64,000 nucleotides of DNA from Paraphysomonas bandaiensis (taxonomy: Eukaryota; Protista; Chrysophyceae), in assembly GCA_965644295.1 (NCBI GenBank), contig CBFFRP010000108.1, positions 1 through 64,000 of the forward strand. Reading direction: 5' to 3'. Shown in pieces: positions 11,686-23,552 of this stretch. Position 1 is the stretch's first letter; the number at the start of each line of letters is the position of its first letter. The notes beneath the pieces were generated by a model. That model searched no databases. It was given only the letters and a program-made list of their open reading frames with translations, and was not told the origin of the DNA. The position numbers and the translations under genes are program-made.

Positions 11686-12952
11686 ATGGCGATGAAAAAA
11701 GAAACAAGACTTACCCTCGCGATTGCACTCTCTCTCACCTTTATGGTGTTCGAAATTGCTGGTGGAATTTGGGCGAATTCATTGGCGATTTTATCTGATG
11801 CCGCACATCTATTAACTGATGTTGCTGGTTTTGGTATTGCATTGCTAGCTACTTTGATGGCTGCTGCTCCTGCATCCAAGCATTACTCATTCGGCCTTGC
11901 ACGCGCAGAAGTCATGGGAGCACTGGCATCTATTTTAACGCTTTGGGTTATGACTGCATGTTTAATAGTAGAGGCATATAATCGAACTGTTTCGTGGTTT
12001 AATGGTACAGGAGATAACGTGGACGGCAGGCTCATGTTTGTAATCGCTTGTATTGGCGTCGTAGTGAATATATGTCTATCGTGTGTCTTCATGGAGGACC
12101 ACGGCGGGGCTTTTCACTCCCATGACCATGGACATGGTTCAGCTCATTCCCATGGTAGCTCCCATCATAACCATTCTGATCTAGAGATGAGCACTAGTGG
12201 CGAGGATCATGGCCATGACCACGGTCACAGCCATTCCCATCAATCTCACGGGCATGACCATGGGCATAGTACTCATGACCAATCTGAGCGGGATGCCCTT
12301 CTACGTTCTCCTCCAGGATATGGTACTACTGTAGCGGATCAGTCACAGTACAATCACCACGGCAACCACCCAAGTGCAGCCGAACCAACCGACGTGAATA
12401 TCCAGGCTGCATATCTTCACGTGATTACGGACCTCATCCAGAGTGTAGGTGTCGCTATTGCCGGACTTCTGATATGGATGTATCCCGAATATCAAATACT
12501 GGACCCGATTTGTACATTCCTTTTCTCAGCATTGGTCTTGTATTCGACTTTCTCCCTTTTGGGCCGCGTGATGACAATTCTATTCGAAGGGGTCCCTGCT
12601 CATGTAAGAGTAGCTTTTTATGCATATGAGTTTGATATCTTTGGTAGGTTGATTATATGGCTGTTCTTGAGGCTCTTCAGGCTATCCCAGGGGTAGAAGA
12701 TGTACACGATCTCCACATATGGTCCATCTCTTCCCAGGCTACTTCCCTAACTTGTCACATTATGGTATGTAGTGATGTCGTTCTTCTCGCCTCTGTTGCT
12801 GATATACTACACAGGCGCAGGATCCTCAGAAAGCACTCGCAGAGGCACATTCAATTTGTACCCGCATGGGTATTCATCACTCCACTATTCAAGTACAGGA
12901 CTCTTCTAACCCCTCAATTTGCTGTCAGAACCCTCAGAGTCAGTGCATGTAG
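11686..12952 (+). CDS. Cation diffusion facilitator zinc transporter (MTP1/ZnT2-like) with His-rich loop, 3 exons
   Basis: 'SLAILSDAAHLLTD', His-rich loop, 'NIQAAYLHVITD', 'DPICTFLFS', 'VHDLHIWSIS'. Introns at about 12604-12648 and 12764-12813; stop after QSQCM. Confidence 0.92.
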
Positions 12953-13687
12953 TCTTCTTTTGCTTGATTCAATACTATAGTATCTTGCTAGCTCAGTTAT
13001 AAAATTAAGATACGCCTAAAGATTTTGTGTGAAGAATTTAGCCGATAACACTTAACATTAAATATATAAATGACATGCTGTCAATGCTGAGTGTAGCAAT
13101 CGAACTGTTACTGAACAATTTGTTAATATATGTACTTCTTACAATTCTAGATCGTATCTACAATATAATCTACTCCAATATGTAACGTAAATGTTGCACG
13201 ACTTGCCCTGTATGATCTGAGCAACATTCTCATATAAGTTCTTGTAAGTAGACATTGAATTTTTCTGATAGGGTTCTATTATTATTGTGGGTTGCTTTAT
13301 TGAAAGTACTGAAAACTGAATAATCCTTGTCGTTCTGTGCATGGTATATTTAGCTATGAAATTGTGTTTTGTCTTTTGACACCGAATAAGCTAATAGCTA
13401 CGGGATCACTTACAGTTTAGTTAACACACAAGGGCATTGACATCTACTACCTTTAGTAGTTGTAACTCGGGGTCAGAGTTATTACTGCCGAAGGTAGTTA
13501 TGTTACAGAATAAGCAACTTCACCTACTGGGGTTTTGCGTGTAATAACCTCCCACGAGTAAAAACATTCAAAGAGTACTGCCTAGAGTATTGTTCGTACT
13601 ATTTGGAAATATCACCACATTGAACAAAACATGGGTTCTCAGAAAATTCTGATTACCCAGAGCATTTCTTGAAGGTATTCCACTAAA

Positions 13688-13706
13688 GGTGGTGTTTAAA
13701 AACACC
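13688..13706 (-). promoter_or_regulatory. Histone mRNA 3' stem-loop of H4
   Basis: Minus strand reads GGTGTT-TTTA-AACACC-ACC (6-bp stem, 4-nt loop) 31 nt after the H4 stop. Identical to the element after H3. Confidence 0.85.
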
Positions 13707-13737
13707 TATTTCATTTTCAATGACATGCGTGGAATGT

Positions 13738-14067
<330 letters not shown>

Positions 14068-14320
14068 TTAAATTTTTAAAGCTCGTTTGTGTGTGTAGCT
14101 GAAATCTGAATCTAATCTCCGTTTTAGTTGACAATCTGGCTTGGCGAATCTTGAACCGTCATACGCAAAATGAAAATAGAATAAAAGTTGCATCTGAAGA
14201 ACTGAAAATATGCAAGTTCAATTGCTGCCGAGATGCGCATGATCTTGAAGAGTCACGAGGTGGATATGTATAGATGTGTATATTTGGTCTTTTAATCTTA
14301 TCACTTTTATTAACTGATAA

Positions 14321-14749
<429 letters not shown>

Positions 14750-14777
14750 ACGATTCGCTTCTTGAAACTTTTCAATC

Positions 14778-14796
14778 GGTGTTTTTAAACACCACC
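14778..14796 (+). promoter_or_regulatory. Histone mRNA 3' stem-loop of H3
   Basis: GGTGTT-TTTA-AACACC-ACC 28 nt after the H3 stop. Confidence 0.85.
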
Positions 14797-15084
14797 TATG
14801 ATGGAATGAAAAACGTCTCTGGTATACTTACTGTAATCTAGTTGTATTGCTTGTCTACATGGAATTGATTTACGATTCTTTTCAGGATAAGATATCGTGC
14901 TCCCGATCGATACGATAAGTGTACGTCGTAACCGTAGAGTTGTAATAAAAGTAGTGTTGACTAAATAGATTATTAACTGTACATTCACTTGAACAAAGTA
15001 ATTTTGTGAATTATTAATAATTGCCAAATTAATCAGAGACAGACACTCTGAAATTCTATTTTTATATCACTGAGGCGATCGTGA

Positions 15085-17206
15085 TTAACTGTATCTGGCA
15101 TTGGGTTGTTCAAACCAATCAAAGGGGCTTGGGTCGGTGCGTACAACAACGGATTTGGTCTGAGTGTATTCGTGTAATGATGACAGACCGTTTTCGCGGC
15201 CTACACCAGAGTCTTTCATGCCGCCCCAAGGCGACGAAGGGTCGTTTCTGTGGTGGTCGTTGACCCACACAATACCCACCTAAAAGTCATCAAAAGAATA
15301 AGCCACGGTATTGAGCTTGATAACTACTCACGTCCAATCTATTCGCCACCCGGTGTGCTCTCATCACGTCAGAAGTCCATATTGCAGCAGCGAGACCGTA
15401 GGGAGAATCATTAGCCAGCTCAATGGCTTCTTCTTCTGTTGAAAATGGAACAGCAACCACCACTGGTCCGAACACCTAATACGAGTGTATATTGTTACCG
15501 CATATTATTTACTACATGATGAGCCACCATAGGCTCACAGTATAGTATATATGAAATATATGCTCGCATTTTTCCAGATCACAAACACTACATGTAGGAC
15601 TTTACGTATCCATACAAATATGCATTACAAACTATCGTTTCATACCTCCTCTCTCCATATATCCATAGAAGTATCCACTTCGATCACAGTAGGCTGGTAG
15701 TAGTGTCCTTTATCGAATGGAGGTGGCATGTCTGGGAAACCTCCACCCGCCAATACGCGCGCTCCCTGTGCTCTGGCTGCATCCACCATATTCGCTATTC
15801 GCACTTTAGAGTCATGAGAAATCACAGTTCCCATCTGTGTGTCCATCGAAAAGGGGTCTCCCAGTCTAATGCGAGAGGCCTAAAGTGAACAGAGCATTCA
15901 TCAAAACTATCACCACATTATATATACACTTTATGTATGTACCTTCTCGACTAATGCGTTCATATATTTGTCGTAGACGTCTTTATGCACCAGTACTCTA
16001 GCCCCCATAATACAAGTCTGTCCAGACGCAACGAATGTCGCGAATGCTGCACCGTTTACAGCCTGCTGGATATCTGCGTCATTGAAAACAAGCATTGGAG
16101 CTTTCCCTCCAAGCTCCGTTAGCACACCCGCCAGATTAGCCCCTGCAGCGGCTCCGACATGCCTTCCAGTGGATGTGCCGCCCGTCAAATCTACTTTTCG
16201 TACCATGGGATGGGAGCATAGTGCTTGTCCTGCCTCTGGACCAAGACCTGGAACCACATTAAAAACACCAGGTGGGAGACCGCAGTCTGCGAATAACTGG
16301 CCGAGCTGTAAAACATTGCACACCATTAGTGGAGATATATAGAATCAGCAGAACACACAGGGTCACCTCAAGTACGCTGACAGGAGCCAATTCAGAGGGT
16401 TTCAATACGATTGAATTCCCTGTCGCGAGGGCTGGGGCGATCTTCTTGATGGCAATGAGCATTGGGTGATTCCAGGCCGTAAGTTGCGCCACAACACCCA
16501 GTGGTACGCGATTAACTGCGATCACAAGGCTATAACAAGAATAGAGCTAGAGAGAATAGTAATTCGAGATACCGTAGTTGACATAAGATCCAAGGAACGG
16601 GGGTACAGTGCCTTCGTGTGTACGGATGAGGGCAGCAAAGTACTCAAACCACTGTACGAAACATAACCGACATACTCACATGTTAACAGCACGCCTTACC
16701 TCTGGTAAACGCGCAAGTTGGGCATTCATTTCTCTATTATTAATCAGATAGTCATATAAATGCAGAGTACGAAGAGCGAAACTCTTACCTGATAGCCCGA
16801 CCAGTTTGAGATACTTCCATAGCTGCAAGTCGAGGAATATTTTTCCTCAGCTCTACTGCAATCCGATTTAAAATCTCAGCTCGGTATCTAACATCGCTCC
16901 GAGACCACTTTCCTGACAGGAAGGTTTCATGAGCGATGGATACTGCGTGGTCAACGTAGGCACTATCAGCAGATGCTACACTACACAAATGCTGCTGGGT
17001 TGCAGGCGACTTCACAGCAAACGATTTCAAATTCTCTGGAAAGTGATACTGGCCATTAACATACGGTCCGTACAATTCACGAAAGGAGGATGACAACGAC
17101 CTCTGCTGAGTGAATGAGCTGCATGCATGTATAGTTAGTATTACAAATACTACCAAAGAACAACTCACATCGCTTTCAAACGCTTGCCGACGAAAGCTTT
17201 AATCAT
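15085..17206 (-). CDS. Aldehyde dehydrogenase, multi-exon, probable mitochondrial presequence
   Basis: '[14 protein letters not shown]', 'LKPSELAP', 'DLTGGTSTG', 'ELGGKAP', catalytic 'SGQTCIMG', 'EEVFGPV', 'NDSPYGL', '[15 protein letters not shown]'. ATG 17206 gives [12 protein letters not shown]. Confidence 0.93.
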
Positions 17207-18409
17207 TATACTCACGGTAGCAAACACAGAATGACACTCTCACTGCACCTCTGGAGGGCTGCTTATCTATGCATGCTCTGCGCTGTGTGTTGGGTTCAAC
17301 TCTACCGTTGCTCGTTGCTGGAGGGATAGGAATGGAATACAGAAATACAGAGTAAAGTACGAATGCTGTGGTATAAAGTCATGGACAGAAAAACCACAGT
17401 TTTAGGGTTTTCTTGGAGCTAAATTAGGGATTTTCATATCAGGATATGGATACAGAGCTGAGTGTCTTCGGCCGTGATTGATATGCGGCTAGAACTACCA
17501 CTAAAGAGACAGAATAAAAGGAAGCAAGAAGGGGAGAAAGCTTTGCTTATATCTCTGCTATTCACCTCGAGTGCTATGGAGGAATTAGATCATCTGACTC
17601 CTCCGCTATCTCATGGTGCTTATGCTGAACAGCGAGGCATCGAATCTTCTCCAGTCATGACGAAAGAAAGCAACAAAGAACATATTTTAAGAAGTTTTAA
17701 GAGCATATAATATTATCAGCTGCTGCATTCACTTCCTATTACTGTTACTTATTCGTGGTGGCCTCATATTGCGCTGATCGTCTGCGGGTGGTTCTTCCTC
17801 CGGGTGTTACTAGAGAGAAGAACACACTCCAATCCGCCTCCGTTTCAGATAGGTCCGCCTGAAAGCGATGACTCAAGGTATCAACCACTACGTTCATTCG
17901 TTCTGGCGAATGCTTGATCGCAATGAACTTCTGAATTGTACCTGTTGGATAAATCCGAAGTGTTGCTTTAACTTTAGCGCATTGTTATTGCTCGCTCAAA
18001 CCTTAAATCTCTTTTCTCTTGAAAAGTATTTCCTCTTGTTGACGGCGAAAATATAGCAATGCCTTCATGTTCGTACGTACACCATTTAGATCAAACGCTT
18101 TGCTTTACTTTCTAAATACCGTTTTTAAGTATTAAGCAACCGATTAGATATTAAGTAATAAACAAAAAAGGATTAGGGTAAAACGGGTGGTTCTAAACTA
18201 TTTGATTAGGGTTATAATTAGCTAGCACATGCTCTAAGTTAATTCAATTTATGATAAATAAGAAATAAGCTGTAGCTACAGTAGACTAAATTTTAGAACC
18301 CTACAATAGTGACACATCGGCTCCACTCATAACGTAACCTACTAGTGTGATATTATATATTATCGCCAAAGGATCGCCCGCCCAGCCAGCATCAGGCATC
18401 AGTGAACAT

Positions 18410-18920
18410 ATTTCCTGCTGCTATATTAAATGCATTTTTCTGTATTACCTCCCCGTACATACTGAATTAAATACATCATGAATAAAATAATAATTAATTC
18501 ATCTTATCAGTAGTAAAACAACACGACAGTGATTAGTAGTAGAACGTAAGTGATAAACACAGTAAAGTGAGAAGTATGAATAACAACATAAAACATAACT
18601 ATCATGCACAACGGAATAGTTAGAAGTGTAACTGAAAATGACGATCATTATGGTGAAGATCATGTATCTTCAACAGATACTCTCTCTAATTCAGTTGATA
18701 ATATATATCATTACACATTATAACTCACAGATACTGTCTTGTATTAAGCTGAATCGCAATACGCCCCCTCAATGAAAAATTCAGTAAACCGTAGATAATA
18801 GAGAGGATATTATGACAATTATATACACTGAGTATTGAACTACAACCAACTCCTACGTGCGTACTTGAAGTTTGGTAAAGCCAATCGCTAGTAGTTATCC
18901 TGTATTCTATGTAGCAATGA
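18410..18920 (-). mobile_element. Highly decayed Ty1/copia 3' end (RNase H relic, polypurine tract, possible LTR)
   Basis: Minus strand has 'NTG*LLAIGFTK', resembling the ADxFTK motif, and the copia-like PPT TTGAGGGGGCGT at 18761-18772. Boundaries are uncertain. Confidence 0.35.
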
Positions 18921-19138
18921 AATACAGAATATACATGACTACAGTATAGGAGTAGCTATTACAAGTATACAAAGAAACTGAAAATATAGTAGCTGTTAAA
19001 GATATGATTTGTAGAACAGAATGTTGATGTTGGTGAATGACGTGGTTCCTAACTCACAGGGCTACAACATCATAAACTTACTATATCTCCTATAATATCA
19101 ATCAGTCAATATTGCACTAAGTAAAAGCGTAAATTAAT

Positions 19139-22100
19139 ATGGCAGCGGATGGAAATTTCACGAATGTCGCCTCAGGCTCAAAGGTACCTCCCTTCGAGGA
19201 ACTGAACTTCAAGAAATTCAAGAAGTTCTTCACCTCATTCCTCATGAGACACAATCGAGCTCATCTTGTCCTCTCAAAGGATAAACCAAGGCACATTCAT
19301 GATCTAGACTCTACAGTCTCAGCGGGAGCTCATATGACTGATGCACAGAAGAAGCGACTACGCAAAGCGAAGAAACTCTGGAACACCCGGAACGAGACCG
19401 CGTACTCCTTCCTGATGGAAGTGTGCAATGCTCACCCAAAAGCAGGCACAACAGCGGCTCTCTACGAAGGAAGTACAGCAAAAGGGTTACTACAGGCACT
19501 GGAAGAGAGATTTCTCAATGTTGAAAAGAATACAGTACAGGCAGAGGTCACAAAGTTCAATTCAATGAAGATTACCTCAAGTCAGTCAGGAGCAGAGTTC
19601 GTCGACAGCGTTGAAGCCCAGGCCAAGATTCTCGAGAATCTAGGTCGTGAAGTCACGGAAGACGACAAGCTCACTCGACTAAAGGAAGGTCTCACAGACA
19701 AGAGATATTCCCAACTAGCACACAGCCTGTATACAGCAAACGATGTGACATACGCAAGAGCAAGCAGCCTAATCAAAGGGTATGAAAACACATCATTCGG
19801 CAAGCATGCGTTGCAAAATTCAGGGGAAGACAGTGTCAATCAAGCAGTGGATGACAGTAAATGGAAAGAGCACAAGAGAAAGGGCAGATGCAATAAGTGC
19901 AAGAAACTTGGCCACTTTGCTAGGGAGTGCAAGACTCCAGAACATGTCATAAAGAGGATGAAGGGGACAAGATCACAGAGAAAAGATAGAGATCACAGAA
20001 ACAGGGGTGATAACAAAACAAAGCTACCTGTGTGTGAGATATGTGACATCCCAGGCCATCAGACTAAAGACTGCTTCCACTTGAAGACTGCTAAAGCTGC
20101 AGTGGTCAGTTCTAAACGGGGGCGAGACTCTAGAAGGGAAACGGCACCCTACAAGAACAAGAAGAAACCGCGAGTGTCTGTACATGATTCAGAAGATGAA
20201 GCGGGATACGAATCGATGATATGTGTGGAAGAAGAGGTGAATCTAGCACAGAGCATGTCAGATGTTATTTATTTGGACAGCGGGTGCAACAAGATGATCC
20301 TTACCTCCAAAAACCACATGACCAACCTTCAGCGCGCTGATAGGCAGATGTCCACAGCGAACAAAGGTAAACTGTCAATACACAGTGTGTTGGCGATGTA
20401 GGAAGCTTTAAAAAGGTGTACTACGCACCTGAAGCAAGTAAGAACCTCGTAGATATGAAGAGCATCACAGATAGGGGCTGTGTTGTGACGTTCGATAATG
20501 ATGAAGTCGTCATTCGAAATAAGACTACGAACAAGACACTCATTAGACAGAGAAGTGTTAATGGATTATATCCAGTTCGACTCGAAGACTTACTTCAGCT
20601 TGGAGAAGAATCCTCAGCAGCACTTGAGGAGCAGGGGTTTGATGACCAGCGAATTCTATGGCACAAAAGACTTGGCCATGTCAACTATGATAAACTGACT
20701 GAGTCCGACCGCCGAGGCCTAGTTGATGGAATAAATCTGGACAAGAAATATTTCAGAAAAAAGCACAAAAAAACGATATGCAAATGTAATACCTGCATGC
20801 GATCGAAACTCACGAGAAAGAACTTCTGGACTCCACGCCAGTTGATGAACTTAGACAACAACCCAAAGGAGAGAGGGGTGCTCAGTGCAGATACGATGGA
20901 AGTCCTAAACACGCCATCGATGGAAGGCTACAAACATGTGTTACTATTCAAGCACAGTGATGCAAAACATGTATGGGCTTATGGGTTGAAAAACAAGACT
21001 GGGAGTGAAGTGTTAAAGTGTATGAAGGACATGGTAGAGACCCAACTTGTCAAAGAAGGATTGCAACTACGACGATATCATGCAGATGGCGCAGGAGAAT
21101 TAGTAGGGCAACATGTCAGGCAGTACTTACGTGAAACCACCAGCACAAGGACTGTACAGGTTACTTGGACTCCACGTGACACACCCGAAATGAATTCGCT
21201 ATCGGAACGCACTAATCGTACAGTGAAGGAGATGGCCCTTGTTGCTATATTGCTCGATAGTGGCATGCCATCAGTATTTTGGTTCAAAGCAGTCTTGCAT
21301 GCTGTATATCTGATCAACAGGTTACCTACGAAGACAACGAAAGGATACATCTCACCTTTTGAGTATATTACTGGAACCGCACCAGCAGATGTGAGTGACT
21401 TGAAGATCTGGGGCTGCAAGGCATGGGCTATTGTGCCGAAGGAGCAGCGCCGCAAAGAGTGGAAAGAAAAGGGAAAACCTGGATACTATATGGGACAATG
21501 TCAACAACCTGTTGGACACCAAATATATATTCCAGACCTGAATGCTATTATTGTTGCAGTCAATGCACAGTTTGATGAGTCAATTCCAGAGCGTTCACAG
21601 GAGTATTTCGACGAAATAGATAATCTACAAATCGACACCTCAGAAACAGCAGAGAGTGTAAATGACTATCAGTACCTGGTGGGCCTCAGACATCTTGATG
21701 GACACCTGTGTTATGTTACCACCAGAGTGATAGAGAGAAGAGGAGTCATTGTTGCATATAGGAGATTAGATACGAAAGGAAATACTACCGAGGAGCAAAC
21801 TCCAATCCATATCAAAGATGTAGTAAAGATGACTCACTCTACAAAGTGTCAGACCGACAAGTTTAACAGTTTGCGAAATGAGTTGGATCAGTCTTGTAAT
21901 GACAGTGACAATGAGCAGAGGACTCCTGACCGCTCAAATCGGGGCGCATCTTCAACAGGTGGGGCAGATCGAAATCCCAGAACTGAAAAACGACCTCGAA
22001 AAAAACGGCACATTGTTAACGTTGGTGTCCTCGGCGATGTCTCATTGCTTCTTGATTCTTTCAACAGCACAATTAAAGAGCCACAGACGCTGGCAGAAGC

Positions 22101-23550
22101 AAAGAAGACTCCACAGAGAACATACTGGATTGAAGCTACCAGGAAGGAGGTGCACAAGCTTGAACGAAGGACATGCTGGAAGATTGTCCGAAGGCCGAAA
22201 CACCGAAAAAAATCATAAAATCTAAATTGGTCTTTAAAGTAAAGCGCGACCATCTTGGAAAAATTAAGAAGTTCAAAGTTCGACTTGTGGCGAAAGGGTT
22301 TACTCAAGAACAAGGAGTCGACTATAATGAGACATTCTCCCCAGTAGCTAAAGGTGTATCATTTAGGCTAGCACTGGCACTGGCTCTGCGATACAATTTG
22401 CAACTCCGTCAACTCGATGTAGAAACGGCATTTCCGTATGCAGATCTGGACGAAGACGTGTTTATGTCTCCACCTGCAGGAATAGATATTCCACAAGGCT
22501 GTTGTTTGAAGATTCTGAAGAGTTTGTATGGCCTAAAACAAGCGCCTCGAAATTGGCATTCAATGCTGAAGGACAGTATAAAGGCGATGGGGTATAAACA
22601 ATGTGTTCTTGACCCATGTTTATTTGTCCTCAAGGGCACTGATACTAACCTACATATGATACTTGTGTATGTAGATGATATCATTGTGCTCAGCTCTGAC
22701 AGCCGTCATATTGAAGAAGTCATCAGCGCTTTTAAGACTCAATATGCCATGCAAGATATGGGGGATCTTAAGCATTATTTAGGTCTTACCATTGAGCGTC
22801 ATAATGGCCAGATTAAGTTACATCAGTCTGCATATGCTAAAGATGTTGTGGCCAGATTCAATCACTTGTTGTCAGAAAAGAAGAGACGGTGCAAGGCAAC
22901 CACACCTCTACCACCTGGTCTAAAGTTGTCCAAGGATGCAAAAGAGGAAGAAACTCGAAAACAGAGAGAATACGTTGATGCATTTCCCTATCAATCTGTT
23001 ATTGGTGCCTTAATGTATTTGGCAGTGCATACTAGACCAGACATGGCATATACAGTAAATCTTCTCTCCCGGTTCACCACAAGACCCACGTACGCTGCAT
23101 GTCAAGCTGCTCTGCATACTTTATTGTATTTAGAAAATACAGTTGATCAAGGTATCATATTTCCTAATTTCACAGATGAAGACCCTCTATGTGTGTACTC
23201 TGATGCAGATTGGGCCGGAGATCTGGATACATGCAGATCCACTACAGGGTATATCGTATATCTGTGGGGTGCTCCAATCGCATGGCAGTCCAGACTGCAG
23301 CCAACAGTGGCTACGTCGACTATGGAAGCTGAATATATGGCTGCATATGCTGCAATTCAGGAGATTGTATGGATACGAGGGGTGATGACAGAGCTCGGAA
23401 TTCGTGGATTTGAGCTCAGTAAGAATGCGTCTCCAACAATCTTGAATATGGACAGCAAGAGTGCGATTGATCTAGCTCAGAACCCGGTAAATCATAAACG
23501 TTCCAAGCATATTCGGATCAAGTATCATTGGATTCGAGAGCAAGTGGGAG
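19139..23550 (+). mobile_element. Ty1/copia LTR retrotransposon gag-pol; two frameshifts, 3'-truncated, no LTRs seen
   Basis: Copia domain order: gag with two CX2CX4HX4C knuckles, protease YLDSGC, 'LWHKRLGH..CNTC', DDE integrase (SADT/HADGAGE/SERTNR), RT ('RLVAKGFTQ', 'LYGLKQAPRNW', YVDD), RNase H ('YSDADWAGD', 'STMEAEY', 'KHIRIKYHWIREQV'). Frameshifts near 20385 and 22210. Confidence 0.95.
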
Positions 23551-23552
23551 GC

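Noticed and set aside
12110-12370. His-rich repeat in the CDF transporter
   Set aside because: A normal feature of MTP1/ZnT-type transporters.
17400-18215. Telomere-like TTAGGG motifs (also ~56042 and ~61511)
   Set aside because: Isolated single copies, not tandem arrays; expected by chance or as telo-boxes.
17460-19138. 5' LTR and primer-binding site of the main copia
   Set aside because: There is no matching 3' LTR, and AGGTATCAACC at ~17876 is too weak and too distant to call a PBS.
22200-22218. Programmed ribosomal frameshift at the A7 run
   Set aside because: It lies within pol at the RT start rather than at gag/pol, and copia elements usually have one ORF. A homopolymer indel is simpler.
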